DNA from: Acidobacteriaceae bacterium UBA1795
GTDB lineage: Bacteria; Acidobacteriota; Terriglobia; Terriglobales; Acidobacteriaceae
Direction: 5' to 3'
Length of the DNA stretch: 49,230 nt
Assembly (NCBI GenBank): GCA_002314435.1
Contig: DCFV01000206.1
Coordinates: 1 to 49,230 of the forward strand
Shown piece by piece: positions 30,241 to 39,473 of the stretch. Made by a program: the position numbers and the translations under genes. The notes under the pieces were generated by a model. The model had not been told where the DNA came from. It did not search any database and worked only from the letters and a program-made list of their open reading frames with translations. How positions within the stretch are numbered: the first letter of the stretch is position 1; the number at the start of each line of letters is the position of its first letter.

Positions 30241-30627
30241 CTACTTGCGCGGGCATGGCACAAACAGCGGCGCAAAGGCCTCGCGTTCACGCCAGAACAG
30301 AATGAACCACAGCAACGTCGCAAACGCCCCCATGCCGACGCTCCCCGGCGCCATCAGCAGATGGAACAGCAGAATATTCACCAGCGCCGGCCCCAGCAGC
30401 ACCAGCGCCAGCGCCACATAGCGGTTGGCCAGAAACAGCACTGCGGAGAACACCATCACCACGCCCACCGGGACCATATAGTGCGCCTTCATCAGCACAC
30501 CAGAGAACTCGCCCGCCAGTCCCGGCGGCATCGGCCCCATCGGAATGAAGTGGAGGAACATATTCGAGCCGAAGACCAGAAACATCAGCCCCAGCAGCAG
30601 GCGGGCAACGGTGCCAGCAATCTTCAT
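30241..30627 (-). CDS. DoxX-like small membrane protein
   Basis: AAGGAG Shine-Dalgarno; MKIAGTVARLLLGLMFLVFGSNMFLHFIP...NRYVALALVLLGPALVNILLFH with four TM segments. Confidence 0.8.
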   Translation of the reverse strand: MKIAGTVARLLLGLMFLVFGSNMFLHFIPMGPMPPGLAGEFSGVLMKAHYMVPVGVVMVFSAVLFLANRYVALALVLLGPALVNILLFHLLMAPGSVGMGAFATLLWFILFWREREAFAPLFVPCPRK

Positions 30628-30806
30628 AGAGCAATCTCCTTTGCAATGAAGCCAAACACACAGGGCGGCCACGGGCCGTTCCAGAAGACGGGGGAAGTTC
30701 AATTTTCTATTAGATGGCTCCGTATCCACCACCGATGCAAGTTCTCCATTCCGCTGGGCTTGAACCCACGCGAAGTTGATCACGGTTTCGGGGTACACTA
30801 AACCCT

Positions 30807-31282
30807 GGCAGGAGCGCCGGGCGGTCGCTGCCGGGGCGTCGGCGCAAGCCGCGCGCACCGGGGGAGGAAAGTCCGAACTCCGCAGGGCAGTGTGCCGGAT
30901 AACGTCCGGGACGCGGGCGTAAAGGCCCGTGGACGGCCAGTGCCACAGAAAACAAACCGCCTCGGCTACCCCTCGTTTCGGCGAGGGCATCCCCAGGCCA
31001 GCTTGCTGGCGTGGTGCCGGGGTAAGGGTGAAAAGGTGCGGTAAGAGCGCACCGCTGCGACGGTAACGGCGCAGGCAGGGTAAACCCCACACGGAGCAAG
31101 ACCAAATAGGGAGGGATGCGCGAGCCCGGAGCAAGGCTCGTGCACGGCGCCGGCCCGGTGCCGCAAGGATGCTCCACGCAAGGTCCGAAACCTCCGGGTA
31201 GGTCGCTGATGAGTGTCCGCGGCAACGCGGCGCCTAGAGGAATGACCGCACACGACAGAATTCGGCTTACAGGCCTCTTGCC
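30807..31282 (+). ncRNA. rnpB: RNase P RNA, bacterial type A
   Basis: Universal elements GAGGAAAGTCCGAACT, AGTGCCACAGAAAA, GGGTGAAAAGGTGCGGTAAGAGCGCAC, GGTAAACCCC, GAGCAAG and ACAGAATTCGGCTTA. P1 pairs GGCAGGAG with CTCTTGCC. A TACACT -10 lies 7 nt upstream. Confidence 0.97.
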
Positions 31283-31292
31283 GAATCAACAA

Positions 31293-31333
31293 CAGCCCCG
31301 GCGGGGAAATCCCCTGCCGGGGCTGACCATTTC
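31293..31333 (+). terminator. Hairpin or terminator after rnpB
   Basis: Long GC stem CAGCCCCGGCGGGG...CCCTGCCGGGGCTG (31293-31325) followed by a weak T tract. Confidence 0.65.
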
Positions 31334-31367
31334 TGCGCCCAAGCTTCCCTCCTTTACCATCGAACAC

Positions 31368-31802
31368 ATGCTGAGAGTGAAGTTGCTGGAAGATGGTGCA
31401 CGGTTGCCCCAGGTGGCACATCCGGGCGAAGACCTCGGTTATGACCTTTTCGCGCTCGAGGGCGCTGTGCTTGAGCCACGCGCGACGGTGCGCGTACGCA
31501 CGGGCATCGCCGTCGAGGCACGCCACCCTGCGACCGGCGCACCGCTAGGCTTGCTTGTTCGCGACCGCTCCTCGATGGCCGCGCGCGGACTGGCCACCAC
31601 CGGCGGCGTCATCGACGCCGGATACCGCGGCGAGATCCTCGTCCTGATGACCAACCTCAGTGCCACCGCCATCACACTCCAGCCGGGCGAAAAGATCGCG
31701 CAAATGATTCCCGTCCCCGTGTTGACGGGCACTGTCCACGAAGTCGAGAGCCTGGAAGACTCCGCGCGCGCACACAAGGGCTTCGGCAGTTCCGGCAGCT
31801 GA
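31368..31802 (+). CDS. dut: dUTP diphosphatase
   Basis: Motifs GYDL, RSSMA, GVIDAGYRGEI, KIAQMI and RAHKGFGSSG. Confidence 0.95.
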   Translation: MLRVKLLEDGARLPQVAHPGEDLGYDLFALEGAVLEPRATVRVRTGIAVEARHPATGAPLGLLVRDRSSMAARGLATTGGVIDAGYRGEILVLMTNLSATAITLQPGEKIAQMIPVPVLTGTVHEVESLEDSARAHKGFGSSGS

Positions 31803-31826
31803 ACACCCATCCACAGGAGCCATACC

Positions 31827-32405
31827 ATGACACCCAAGCCGAAGCAGCGTTGCCACTGGTGCGGCACCGACCCCCTCTACGTCGCCTATCACGACGACGA
31901 GTGGGGCGTTCCCGAGTTCGACAGCCGCGCGCTCTGGGAGCTGCTCATGCTCGAGGGCTTTCAGGCCGGCCTCGCGTGGATCATCGTCCTGCGCAAGCGC
32001 GAGACCTTTCGCGCAGCATTCCGCAACTTCGATCCCGCAAAGGTGGCGCGCTTCGCGGAGGCCGACATCGAGCGGCTGATGGCCAATCCCGGCATTATCC
32101 GTGCCCGCGCCAAAATCGAAGCCACCATCGGCGGCGCGCGCGTCTACCTCGACATGCAAAGCGCAGGCATCGATTTCTCGAACTGGGTGTGGGAGCTGGC
32201 CGGCGGCAAGCCAATCCAGAACGCTGGCCCCGTGCCTGCGCAAACGCCGCTCTCCGTCACCATCTCAAAGGAACTCAAGCGCCGCGGCTTCAAGTTCGTC
32301 GGCCCCACTATCGTCTACGCGTGGATGCAGACCGCAGGCATCGTCAACGATCACGCTGCCGACTGCTTCCGCCGCGCACACTGCGCAAAGATCAAACGGC
32401 CATGA
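31827..32405 (+). CDS. tag: DNA-3-methyladenine glycosylase I
   Basis: Motifs RCHWC...YHDDEWGVP, LEGFQAGLAW, GFKFVGPTIVYAWMQ and NDHAADC. Confidence 0.96.
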   Translation: MTPKPKQRCHWCGTDPLYVAYHDDEWGVPEFDSRALWELLMLEGFQAGLAWIIVLRKRETFRAAFRNFDPAKVARFAEADIERLMANPGIIRARAKIEATIGGARVYLDMQSAGIDFSNWVWELAGGKPIQNAGPVPAQTPLSVTISKELKRRGFKFVGPTIVYAWMQTAGIVNDHAADCFRRAHCAKIKRP

Positions 32406-32430
32406 AAAGCAGGAATGCCTGCATGCCCTA

Positions 32431-35400
32431 TTACTTACCCAGGCCGTCGTTCTTGTGATAGTTGGGATACGGTGGCAATGGAATCGCCGGGATCGGATGC
32501 TCCTTCAACTCATCCAGCACCATCTTCACGCCGGTTTCCAGCTGCACGTCGTGGCCTGCGGCCACATCCTTCGGCAGTTCCTCCACCGGCACATCGGGCG
32601 CAATGCCGTGGTTCTCCACCTCCCACTCACCCTGCAGGCCGTAGATGGCATAGCGCGGCGCGGTCACGCTGCCGCCGTCGATCAGCGGCGGATAGCCGCC
32701 AATGCCCACCAGCCCGCCCCACGTGCGCGTGCCGATCAACTTGCCGATCTGCGCCTTGCGGAAGTACCACGGCATGCAGTCGCCACCCGACCCTGAGTTC
32801 TGGTTGATAAGCATCGCTTTGGGCCCGAAGATCGCGCCCACCGGATCGTGGATCGGCTTCCCGTCACGCTCCTGCGCACCCGAGAGCGGGAAGCGCCGCA
32901 GCACATCGACGACGTAATCGGCAATGTAGCCGCCCTCGTTCCAGCGCTCATCCAGCACCAGCGCCTGCTTGTTAAGCTGCGCGTAGAAGTAGCGGTTGAA
33001 GCTGTCGTAGCCCGCGCCCGCGGTGTTGGGCATGTAGACGTAAGCCACCTTACCGCCGGAAAGCTCATCCACCTTGCGGCGATTGCTCTCCACCCAATCC
33101 AGGTTGCGCAGCCCGTCTTCATCGTCGATGGGCACCACGGTCACGTCGCGCCCGTCCTTGCCGTCGGCGTTCGGCCCCACGTGGATCACCGTCTGCTTCC
33201 CGGCCGTGCCATTGAAGGCCGCATAGAGATTGTCTGTGCCCTTCAGGTCCCGGCCGTTCACAGCGAGTAGGTATTCGCCTTCCTTCACGTACACTCCGGG
33301 CAGCGTAAGCGGCGACGCCAGCCCGGGCGTCCAGTTCTGCCCGCCCAGTATCTTCGCGATGCGATAGCGGCCGTTCTCCACCTTATAGTCGGCGCCCAGC
33401 AGGCCAGTCTTCGGCGCGTTGTCGTGCGGCTGCGGCCCGCGAATGAACATGTGTCCCACAGTCACCTCGCCCAGCATCTCCGTGGAGAGATAGCTGAACT
33501 CTGCGCGCGACGCGAGCCCGTCAAGGTAGGGCTTGTACTTGACCTCGATCTTGGGAATGCTCAGGCCATGCGTGTTCGGGTCGTAGAGGAAGTCGCGTTG
33601 AATGCGCCACGTCTCGTGATAGATCTGCCGCCACTCAGCGCGCAGATCAATGGTGGTCTGCATACCGCCCAGGTTCAGCGGCTTCCCGGGGCTGTCGTTG
33701 CCGGGCTTCAGGTCGTCGGCTCCGGCAATGGTAAAGCCGCCCTTCCGCGCATACATTACCTTGGAGCCATCCGCGGAGACGGTCAGCCCGTCCACATCGC
33801 CCAACACCTGCTCGGGCTGCCGCTTCTCCAGCGTGAACCGCCAAACCGCGCGAATGTTGGCGCCGTCGCCGTCTTCATCCGACGAACGGCCCACCGGCGC
33901 ACCCTCAGCCAGATACAGAACGCCCGCCTTGCCCGCCGTCAGTCCGTTGTAGTTGCGCGCCGGAATGGGCAGCGACAGGATACGGTTGCCAATGCCTTCC
34001 AGATCTACAGTGACCTTGACGGTCTTGTCCTTGTCCTTGTCTCTGTCCTTGTCGTCCTTCGCCTCGTCTTTTTTGTCGGCCGACTTGTCCTTGTCGCTTG
34101 ACTTGTCGTCCTTCTTCTCGTCCTTGGCGTCCTTCTTGTCTTCGTCTTTCTTCTCGCCCTTTACCTTCTCGTCATCGCTCTCCGGCGGAATGGGCGACGC
34201 ACCATCCTTGGCCAGCACCGCTACGTAGGCCGCACTGCTCTGCGTGCGGTCCAGTGACGACAGATCGATGCCCGCGTTCGACGGGCCATCATTCGTCGAC
34301 GCCAGGAAGTAGAGATACTTGCCGTTCGCATCGAACGCCGGGTTCGTCGCGTCGCTCATGCCGTCGGTCACTTGAGTGAACTTATTCGTGTCGAGCGAAT
34401 AGAGGAAGATCGCGTTCAACTGGTTATCCAGATCGCGCTGGTAGGCGATCCACTTCGAGTCCGGCGACCAAACTTGCCCGAAGCCCCCGCCAAAACTGCC
34501 GTAGGTGCCCTTGTCCACCAGCACCGGCTTGCCCGCCTCGGCGGACTTGCCATCGGGCACATCCACCACCCAAAGGCGCAGATGCTTGTCAGAGTAGGCA
34601 ATGTGCTTCGAATCCGGCGACCACGTTGGACCGTAGAAGTAGCTCGGCTCAGGCCCGAGGTCAATCGCCGTAGGCGCCTTGAAACCCGTCTGTTCCTGCA
34701 GATACAGCTTGTACTCGCCCGAGGCGTCAGAGAAATACGCAATCGTCTTGCCGTCCGGCGACCACGCGGGGTTGCGCTCGGCAGCACCGGGCGTGTTGGT
34801 CAGGTTGCGCGTGTCGCCCTTCTCCGCTGGCACGGTAAAGATCTCGCCATGCGCCTCAAACGCAGCGCGCGCACCGCTGGGCGAGAGTGCCGCATTGCGA
34901 ATCTCGTCCGCACGCACCGCCGCCAGATGTGGCTCCAGATTCGGCAACTCGCCGTGAATCGTGATCGCAACCGGCGTGTCCTTGTTCGTCGCTGTGTCGA
35001 GCAGGTGGATGGAGCCGAACTGCTCATACACAAGCCCGCCGGGACCAGCCTGGAAGGTCTTCAGGTCGAGCCCTTTGTTGGACACCACGTCGGTCACAGC
35101 CTTCGAGTCAACGTCATAGCGGAACAGAGTCACCGCGCCACTGCGGTCAGAGAGAAAGTAGATCGCATTGCCCACCCACACGGGGTTGGCGTCATTCGAG
35201 TTCTCGCGTGGCATCTTCACCAGCTCCAGCGTCTTCAGGTTCACAATCCAGATCGGCGTTGTCTGCCCGCCCACGTAGCGCTTCCACGCTGGCTGCCACT
35301 TGGTGAAAGGCTGGTAAGCAATCGATCCCCCGTCAGGCGAGAACGAGCCCTGAACGCCGCTCGGCAGAGGCAGCGGCTCGGGCACGCCGGAACCGTCGGC

Positions 35401-35847
35401 GTGCACCAGGAACAGCTTGCCAAAGTGGCGATGGCTGAGCGCCATGCTCGCCGCAAGCACGCTCTTGCCGTCACGCGACCATCCCATCACCGTACTGCCC
35501 GCAGGGTGCCACGTGATGCGCCGCGGCACTCCGCCGCCCGCAGGCACGATGTAGACATCGGTGTTGCCCTGCAGGTGTGCCGAGTAGGCGACCTCCGACC
35601 CGTCAGGCGAGTAGAACGGGCCCGCCGTGACGTGGCCGTTCGACGTAAGCCTCTCTGCTTCGCCGCCTGCGCGGCTCACCGTCCACACATCATCGGCGTA
35701 AAGAAAGGCAATCTTGTCCTGAGCCAGCGACGGGTTGCGCAGCAGCAACGGAGCCTGGGCGCGCGCAGTCGGAGCCAGAAAAACAACAGAAACCACCAGA
35801 ACAAGCGCAAACACAAACTGCGCCAGGCGGGAAAAAGCGTGCTTCAT
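32431..35847 (-). CDS. Tricorn protease homolog (S41 peptidase with beta-propellers and PDZ)
   Basis: GGAGG Shine-Dalgarno and signal peptide; repeated WSPDG/FSPDG blades; WKRYVGGQ, DERWNEGG, catalytic SGSGGD and GTRTWGGLVG. Confidence 0.93.
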   Translation of the reverse strand: MKHAFSRLAQFVFALVLVVSVVFLAPTARAQAPLLLRNPSLAQDKIAFLYADDVWTVSRAGGEAERLTSNGHVTAGPFYSPDGSEVAYSAHLQGNTDVYIVPAGGGVPRRITWHPAGSTVMGWSRDGKSVLAASMALSHRHFGKLFLVHADGSGVPEPLPLPSGVQGSFSPDGGSIAYQPFTKWQPAWKRYVGGQTTPIWIVNLKTLELVKMPRENSNDANPVWVGNAIYFLSDRSGAVTLFRYDVDSKAVTDVVSNKGLDLKTFQAGPGGLVYEQFGSIHLLDTATNKDTPVAITIHGELPNLEPHLAAVRADEIRNAALSPSGARAAFEAHGEIFTVPAEKGDTRNLTNTPGAAERNPAWSPDGKTIAYFSDASGEYKLYLQEQTGFKAPTAIDLGPEPSYFYGPTWSPDSKHIAYSDKHLRLWVVDVPDGKSAEAGKPVLVDKGTYGSFGGGFGQVWSPDSKWIAYQRDLDNQLNAIFLYSLDTNKFTQVTDGMSDATNPAFDANGKYLYFLASTNDGPSNAGIDLSSLDRTQSSAAYVAVLAKDGASPIPPESDDEKVKGEKKDEDKKDAKDEKKDDKSSDKDKSADKKDEAKDDKDRDKDKDKTVKVTVDLEGIGNRILSLPIPARNYNGLTAGKAGVLYLAEGAPVGRSSDEDGDGANIRAVWRFTLEKRQPEQVLGDVDGLTVSADGSKVMYARKGGFTIAGADDLKPGNDSPGKPLNLGGMQTTIDLRAEWRQIYHETWRIQRDFLYDPNTHGLSIPKIEVKYKPYLDGLASRAEFSYLSTEMLGEVTVGHMFIRGPQPHDNAPKTGLLGADYKVENGRYRIAKILGGQNWTPGLASPLTLPGVYVKEGEYLLAVNGRDLKGTDNLYAAFNGTAGKQTVIHVGPNADGKDGRDVTVVPIDDEDGLRNLDWVESNRRKVDELSGGKVAYVYMPNTAGAGYDSFNRYFYAQLNKQALVLDERWNEGGYIADYVVDVLRRFPLSGAQERDGKPIHDPVGAIFGPKAMLINQNSGSGGDCMPWYFRKAQIGKLIGTRTWGGLVGIGGYPPLIDGGSVTAPRYAIYGLQGEWEVENHGIAPDVPVEELPKDVAAGHDVQLETGVKMVLDELKEHPIPAIPLPPYPNYHKNDGLGK

Positions 35848-36180
35848 TGTGCCTCCATCGGGTACGAGATACGCGCCGGCTCTTGAACGGCGGACAAACT
35901 CCAGGGGCAGAGTGTGGTGCTGATATGCGTCCAGCCGCTGCCAGCGCGCACTCACTCAAGAAGACGCACCCGCGTACTGCAGAACCGCCGCCTGATGCCT
36001 GCACATACGGGAATTGCGGGCAGGCGGTTCCCTCAACGGCAAACCATGGCACCCATGCTACCAGCGCCCACCGGTGTGGCAACGGGAATCGCATCTGCGT
36101 GTCCCGCGATTCCAGCCCCGCCTCGGCCCGGCTCATGTATCGTTTTTTAAAGCGGACTGCGCGCAGTGCGCACCACATCT

Positions 36181-37608
36181 ATGAACGTTCTCGAACAGCT
36201 TTTCGCACAGCATTTCCACACACCGGCCGAGCGCGTGCAGCCGCTGCAGGGCCAGCTCGGCGGCTCTGGTCGCGCCATCCTCCGGGTCACCGGCGGAGGC
36301 CGCACCGCCGTGGGTGTTGTCTATCCCGTGCGCGAGGAGAACGTGGCCTTCCTCGAGTTCTCCCGCCATTTTCGCCGCCACGGCCTGTCCGTACCGGAAA
36401 TCTACGCCGAGGATTTGGGGCAAGGCGCATATCTCGAAGAGGATCTGGGCGACGTCACGCTGTTCGACTTCCTGGGCGCGCACCGCAGCGGAGATACGCT
36501 CGCTCCCGACGTCTTGGAAGCCTACCGCAAAGTCGTCGCCGTGCTGCCCCGCTTCCAGGTGGACGCCGGTCGCGACCTCAACTACAAGGTCTGCTACCCA
36601 CGCGCCAGCTTCGACCGCCAGTCCATCAACTGGGACCTGAACTACTTCAAGTACTACTTCCTCCGCCTCGCCGGCATCCCCTTCAACGAGCAGGCGCTTG
36701 AAGACGACTTCAGTCGCCTCACCAAGTTCCTGCTCACCGCCGACCGCGACTACTTCCTCTATCGTGACTTCCAGTCGCGCAATGTGATGCTCCGCGATGG
36801 CGAACCGTGGTTCCTCGACTACCAGGGAGGGCGCAAAGGCGCTCTGCAGTACGACATCGCTTCCCTGCTCTTCGACGGCAAAGCCGACCTGCCTCCCGAC
36901 GTGCGCCAGGAACTACTTGATCACTACCTCGACTGCCTCGGCAAATCCATCAAGTTCGATCGCGCCGCCTTCCTCGAGCACTACTACGCATTCGTCTACG
37001 TGCGTATCCTGCAGGCGCTCGGCGCCTACGGCTTTCGCGGCTTCTACGAGCGCAAGGCACATTTTCTGCAGAGCGTACCCTTCGCGCTCAAGAACCTGCG
37101 CTGGCTGGCGCACAACGTCAAGCTTCCCATCGCGCTGCCCGCGCTGCTCGAGGCGCTGCAGAGCATGCTTTCGTCAGAAACGCTCAACAACCTCGCGGCA
37201 TCCGCCGACAACCTGACCGTGCGCGTCTGCAGTTTCTCCTTCCATCGCGAATTGCCCACCGACCCCTCCGGTAACGGCGGCGGCTTCATCTTCGACACAC
37301 GCAGCCTACCCAACCCCGGCCGCGAAGAGCGCTTCAAGCCGCTTACCGGCCGCGACGCGCCCGTCATCGAATACCTGAAGCAGCAGGACAGCGTGCACCA
37401 GTACTTCGCCCACGTTCTGTCGCTGGTTGACACTAGCGTAAGCGCCTACCAGAAGCGCGGCTTCAAGAATCTAATGGTCTCGTTTGGATGCACCGGCGGC
37501 CAGCATCGCTCCGTCTTTCTGGCCGAGCAACTGGCCGCACACCTGCGCAACATCAATGGCGTCGATGTCGTCGTGCAGCACATGGAGCAGGAGCACTGGC
37601 CCGAATGA
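36181..37608 (+). CDS. Phosphotransferase (AmgK/APH-like sugar kinase) fused to a RapZ C-terminal domain
   Basis: Kinase motifs GGSGR, EEDLGD, YRDFQSRNVM, LDYQGGR, YDIASLL and LQALGAYG. The C-terminus SFSF...GGFIFDTRSLPNP...LTGRD...SFGCTGGQHRSV matches the RapZ C-terminal domain. Confidence 0.88.
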   Translation: MNVLEQLFAQHFHTPAERVQPLQGQLGGSGRAILRVTGGGRTAVGVVYPVREENVAFLEFSRHFRRHGLSVPEIYAEDLGQGAYLEEDLGDVTLFDFLGAHRSGDTLAPDVLEAYRKVVAVLPRFQVDAGRDLNYKVCYPRASFDRQSINWDLNYFKYYFLRLAGIPFNEQALEDDFSRLTKFLLTADRDYFLYRDFQSRNVMLRDGEPWFLDYQGGRKGALQYDIASLLFDGKADLPPDVRQELLDHYLDCLGKSIKFDRAAFLEHYYAFVYVRILQALGAYGFRGFYERKAHFLQSVPFALKNLRWLAHNVKLPIALPALLEALQSMLSSETLNNLAASADNLTVRVCSFSFHRELPTDPSGNGGGFIFDTRSLPNPGREERFKPLTGRDAPVIEYLKQQDSVHQYFAHVLSLVDTSVSAYQKRGFKNLMVSFGCTGGQHRSVFLAEQLAAHLRNINGVDVVVQHMEQEHWPE

Positions 37609-38348
37609 AAGCCATGGTTCTGGCCGCGGGCCTGGGCACACGGCTGCGCCCGCTCACCGACGACCGGCCCAAAGCGCTCGTCCGGGTCGCCGGACGCACT
37701 ATGCTCGAAATCACCCTGCACCGCCTCCAGAGCTTCGGCATCCGTGAGGTCATTGTCAATGCGCACCACTTCGCCGACCTGCTCGTCAGCTACCTCACAG
37801 CCCACAACAACTTCGGCCTGCACATCGAAATCTCGCGCGAGGACCTGCTGCTCGACACCGGCGGTGGTATCAAAAAAGCGGCTGATTTCTTCCTGCGCGA
37901 TGGAAATCTCGATGCACCATTCTTGGTGCACAACGTGGACGTGCTCAGCGACATCGACCTCGACGCTCTAAAAGTGTTCCACGTGGAACATTCTGCGCTG
38001 GCCACGCTGGCAGTGCAGCAGCGCACTACCTCACGCTACCTGCTGTTCGACCGGACTAACCACCTGTGCGGCCGCCGAGCCGGCTTCGACGGCCCCACTG
38101 AGATGGCACGACCAGCGGCCGAAACCCACGCGTTCGCATTCTGTGGCATCCACATCCTCTCACCGCGCATCTTCTCACTGCTCACCGAGGAAGGCGCGTT
38201 CTCCATCATCCCCGCGTACCTGCGCTTGGCCGCGCAGGGCGAAATCATCGCCGCATTCCGTGCGGATGCCTATCATTGGCGCGACCTCGGCCGCCCGGAA
38301 AGCATAACCCAAGCCGCCGACGAACTCACGCGCGGCCTCGCCGACTGA
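37605..38348 (+). CDS. Nucleotidyltransferase, MurU-like (MurNAc-1-phosphate uridylyltransferase)
   Basis: MKAMVLAAGLGTRLRPLTDDRPKAL, VNAHH, LLDTGGGI, HNVD and WRDLG; ATGA overlap with the kinase gene. Confidence 0.88.
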   Translation: MKAMVLAAGLGTRLRPLTDDRPKALVRVAGRTMLEITLHRLQSFGIREVIVNAHHFADLLVSYLTAHNNFGLHIEISREDLLLDTGGGIKKAADFFLRDGNLDAPFLVHNVDVLSDIDLDALKVFHVEHSALATLAVQQRTTSRYLLFDRTNHLCGRRAGFDGPTEMARPAAETHAFAFCGIHILSPRIFSLLTEEGAFSIIPAYLRLAAQGEIIAAFRADAYHWRDLGRPESITQAADELTRGLAD

Positions 38349-38539
38349 GCGCTGCGCTCGCCATCGGTCAAATCCCAGCCCTGTGATTGGTAGAGCTTCT
38401 CCCGGCCCTTCAACATGCCAGTTTGTCTCATTCCAACTTACACAGATTCTGCCGGTCACTCCAAGCGAGGGGCAAGTTTCGGCGGCTCAGGAACCGCCTG
38501 ACACAACTGCAATTCACGGTGTATGCTGCAGCAACTGCT

Positions 38540-39331
38540 ATGAGTCTTCGAGTCCTCCGCTTCCTCGCCACGGCCACCCTCGTCTCAATCATTTCTCCGC
38601 TGCTCGCGCAAGAGCCGGCGAAGAACAAACCAGAAGATACGGAAGTCTGGCAGCCGGAGCCGAAGATCGTCACTCCCGGCATGACCACGGCGAATCCCCC
38701 ATCCGATGCCATCGTACTGTTCGACGGCAAGAACGAGGACGAGTGGGTTTCAGCCCAGGACCACTCTCCGGCCAGATGGTTGGTACACGATGGGATTCTG
38801 ACAGTGAATAAGGCTGGCGGTGTAGGCAACATAGAAACGAGGCGCTTATTCAAGGATTACCAACTCCATATCGAGTGGAGGATTCCCGAGAGCGTAACCG
38901 GCTCCGGCCAGGCGCGAGGAAACAGTGGTGTCTTTCTGGCTTCCACCGGGCCCGGAGATGATGGGTATGAGTTACAGGTCCTCGATTCCTATAACAACAA
39001 AACCTATGTCAACGGCCAGGCCGGCAGCATTTACAAGCAGAGCGCTCCGCTCGTGAACCCGAACCGCAAACCCGGAGAGTGGCAGGGCTACGACGTGGTG
39101 TGGACAGCCCCGACATTCAACGATGACGGGACGCTGAAGACGGCTGCCTGCGTGACGGTCTTCTTGAATGGTGTGCTCGTGCAGAATCACTTTCAGTTGC
39201 GCGGCCAGACGCTTTACATCGGTCAGCCGTTTTACAAGAAGTACGACCGAGCACCCATCAAGCTACAGGCGCACGGCGACAAAAGCGAGCCGATCAGCTT
39301 CCGGAATATCTGGGTACGCGAACTCAATTAG
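38540..39331 (+). CDS. DUF1080 (3-keto-disaccharide hydrolase family) exported protein
   Basis: Signal peptide; motifs PPSDAIVLFDG, LHIEWR, GNSGVF, YELQVLD, PGEWQ, VFLNGVLVQ, LQAHG and FRNIWVREL. Confidence 0.9.
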   Translation: MSLRVLRFLATATLVSIISPLLAQEPAKNKPEDTEVWQPEPKIVTPGMTTANPPSDAIVLFDGKNEDEWVSAQDHSPARWLVHDGILTVNKAGGVGNIETRRLFKDYQLHIEWRIPESVTGSGQARGNSGVFLASTGPGDDGYELQVLDSYNNKTYVNGQAGSIYKQSAPLVNPNRKPGEWQGYDVVWTAPTFNDDGTLKTAACVTVFLNGVLVQNHFQLRGQTLYIGQPFYKKYDRAPIKLQAHGDKSEPISFRNIWVRELN

Positions 39332-39376
39332 CTGACTGAGGCCGGCCCGGCAGCGATCCGTGGGGTCTCGACAAAG

Positions 39377-39413
39377 CATGTCCATAGGAGACCGATGGGC
39401 TTCTATGGACATG
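39377..39413. terminator. Stem-loop between the convergent DUF1080 and GH31 genes
   Basis: CATGTCCATAG and CTATGGACATG form a perfect 11-bp inverted repeat that extends inward; there is no strong U tract. Confidence 0.45.
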
Positions 39414-39473
39414 GTGGTCCGTCGGAAAAGCTCCGCACCTGAGAACGACCACGACTTGGCATTCAGGACTAGA

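Noticed and set aside
30628-31367. ORFs 30710-31225 and 30966-31526, and the long extensions of the DoxX-like and dut ORFs
   Set aside because: They overlap the RNase P RNA gene and are artefacts of its GC-rich sequence.
34024-34183. CTTGTC-rich repetitive tract
   Set aside because: It encodes a Lys/Asp-rich low-complexity linker typical of tricorn homologs; it is not a CRISPR array or a mobile repeat.
36077-36093. TGGCAACGGGAATCGC as a second sigma54 promoter
   Set aside because: The GG-to-GC spacing is 11 nt rather than the required 10.
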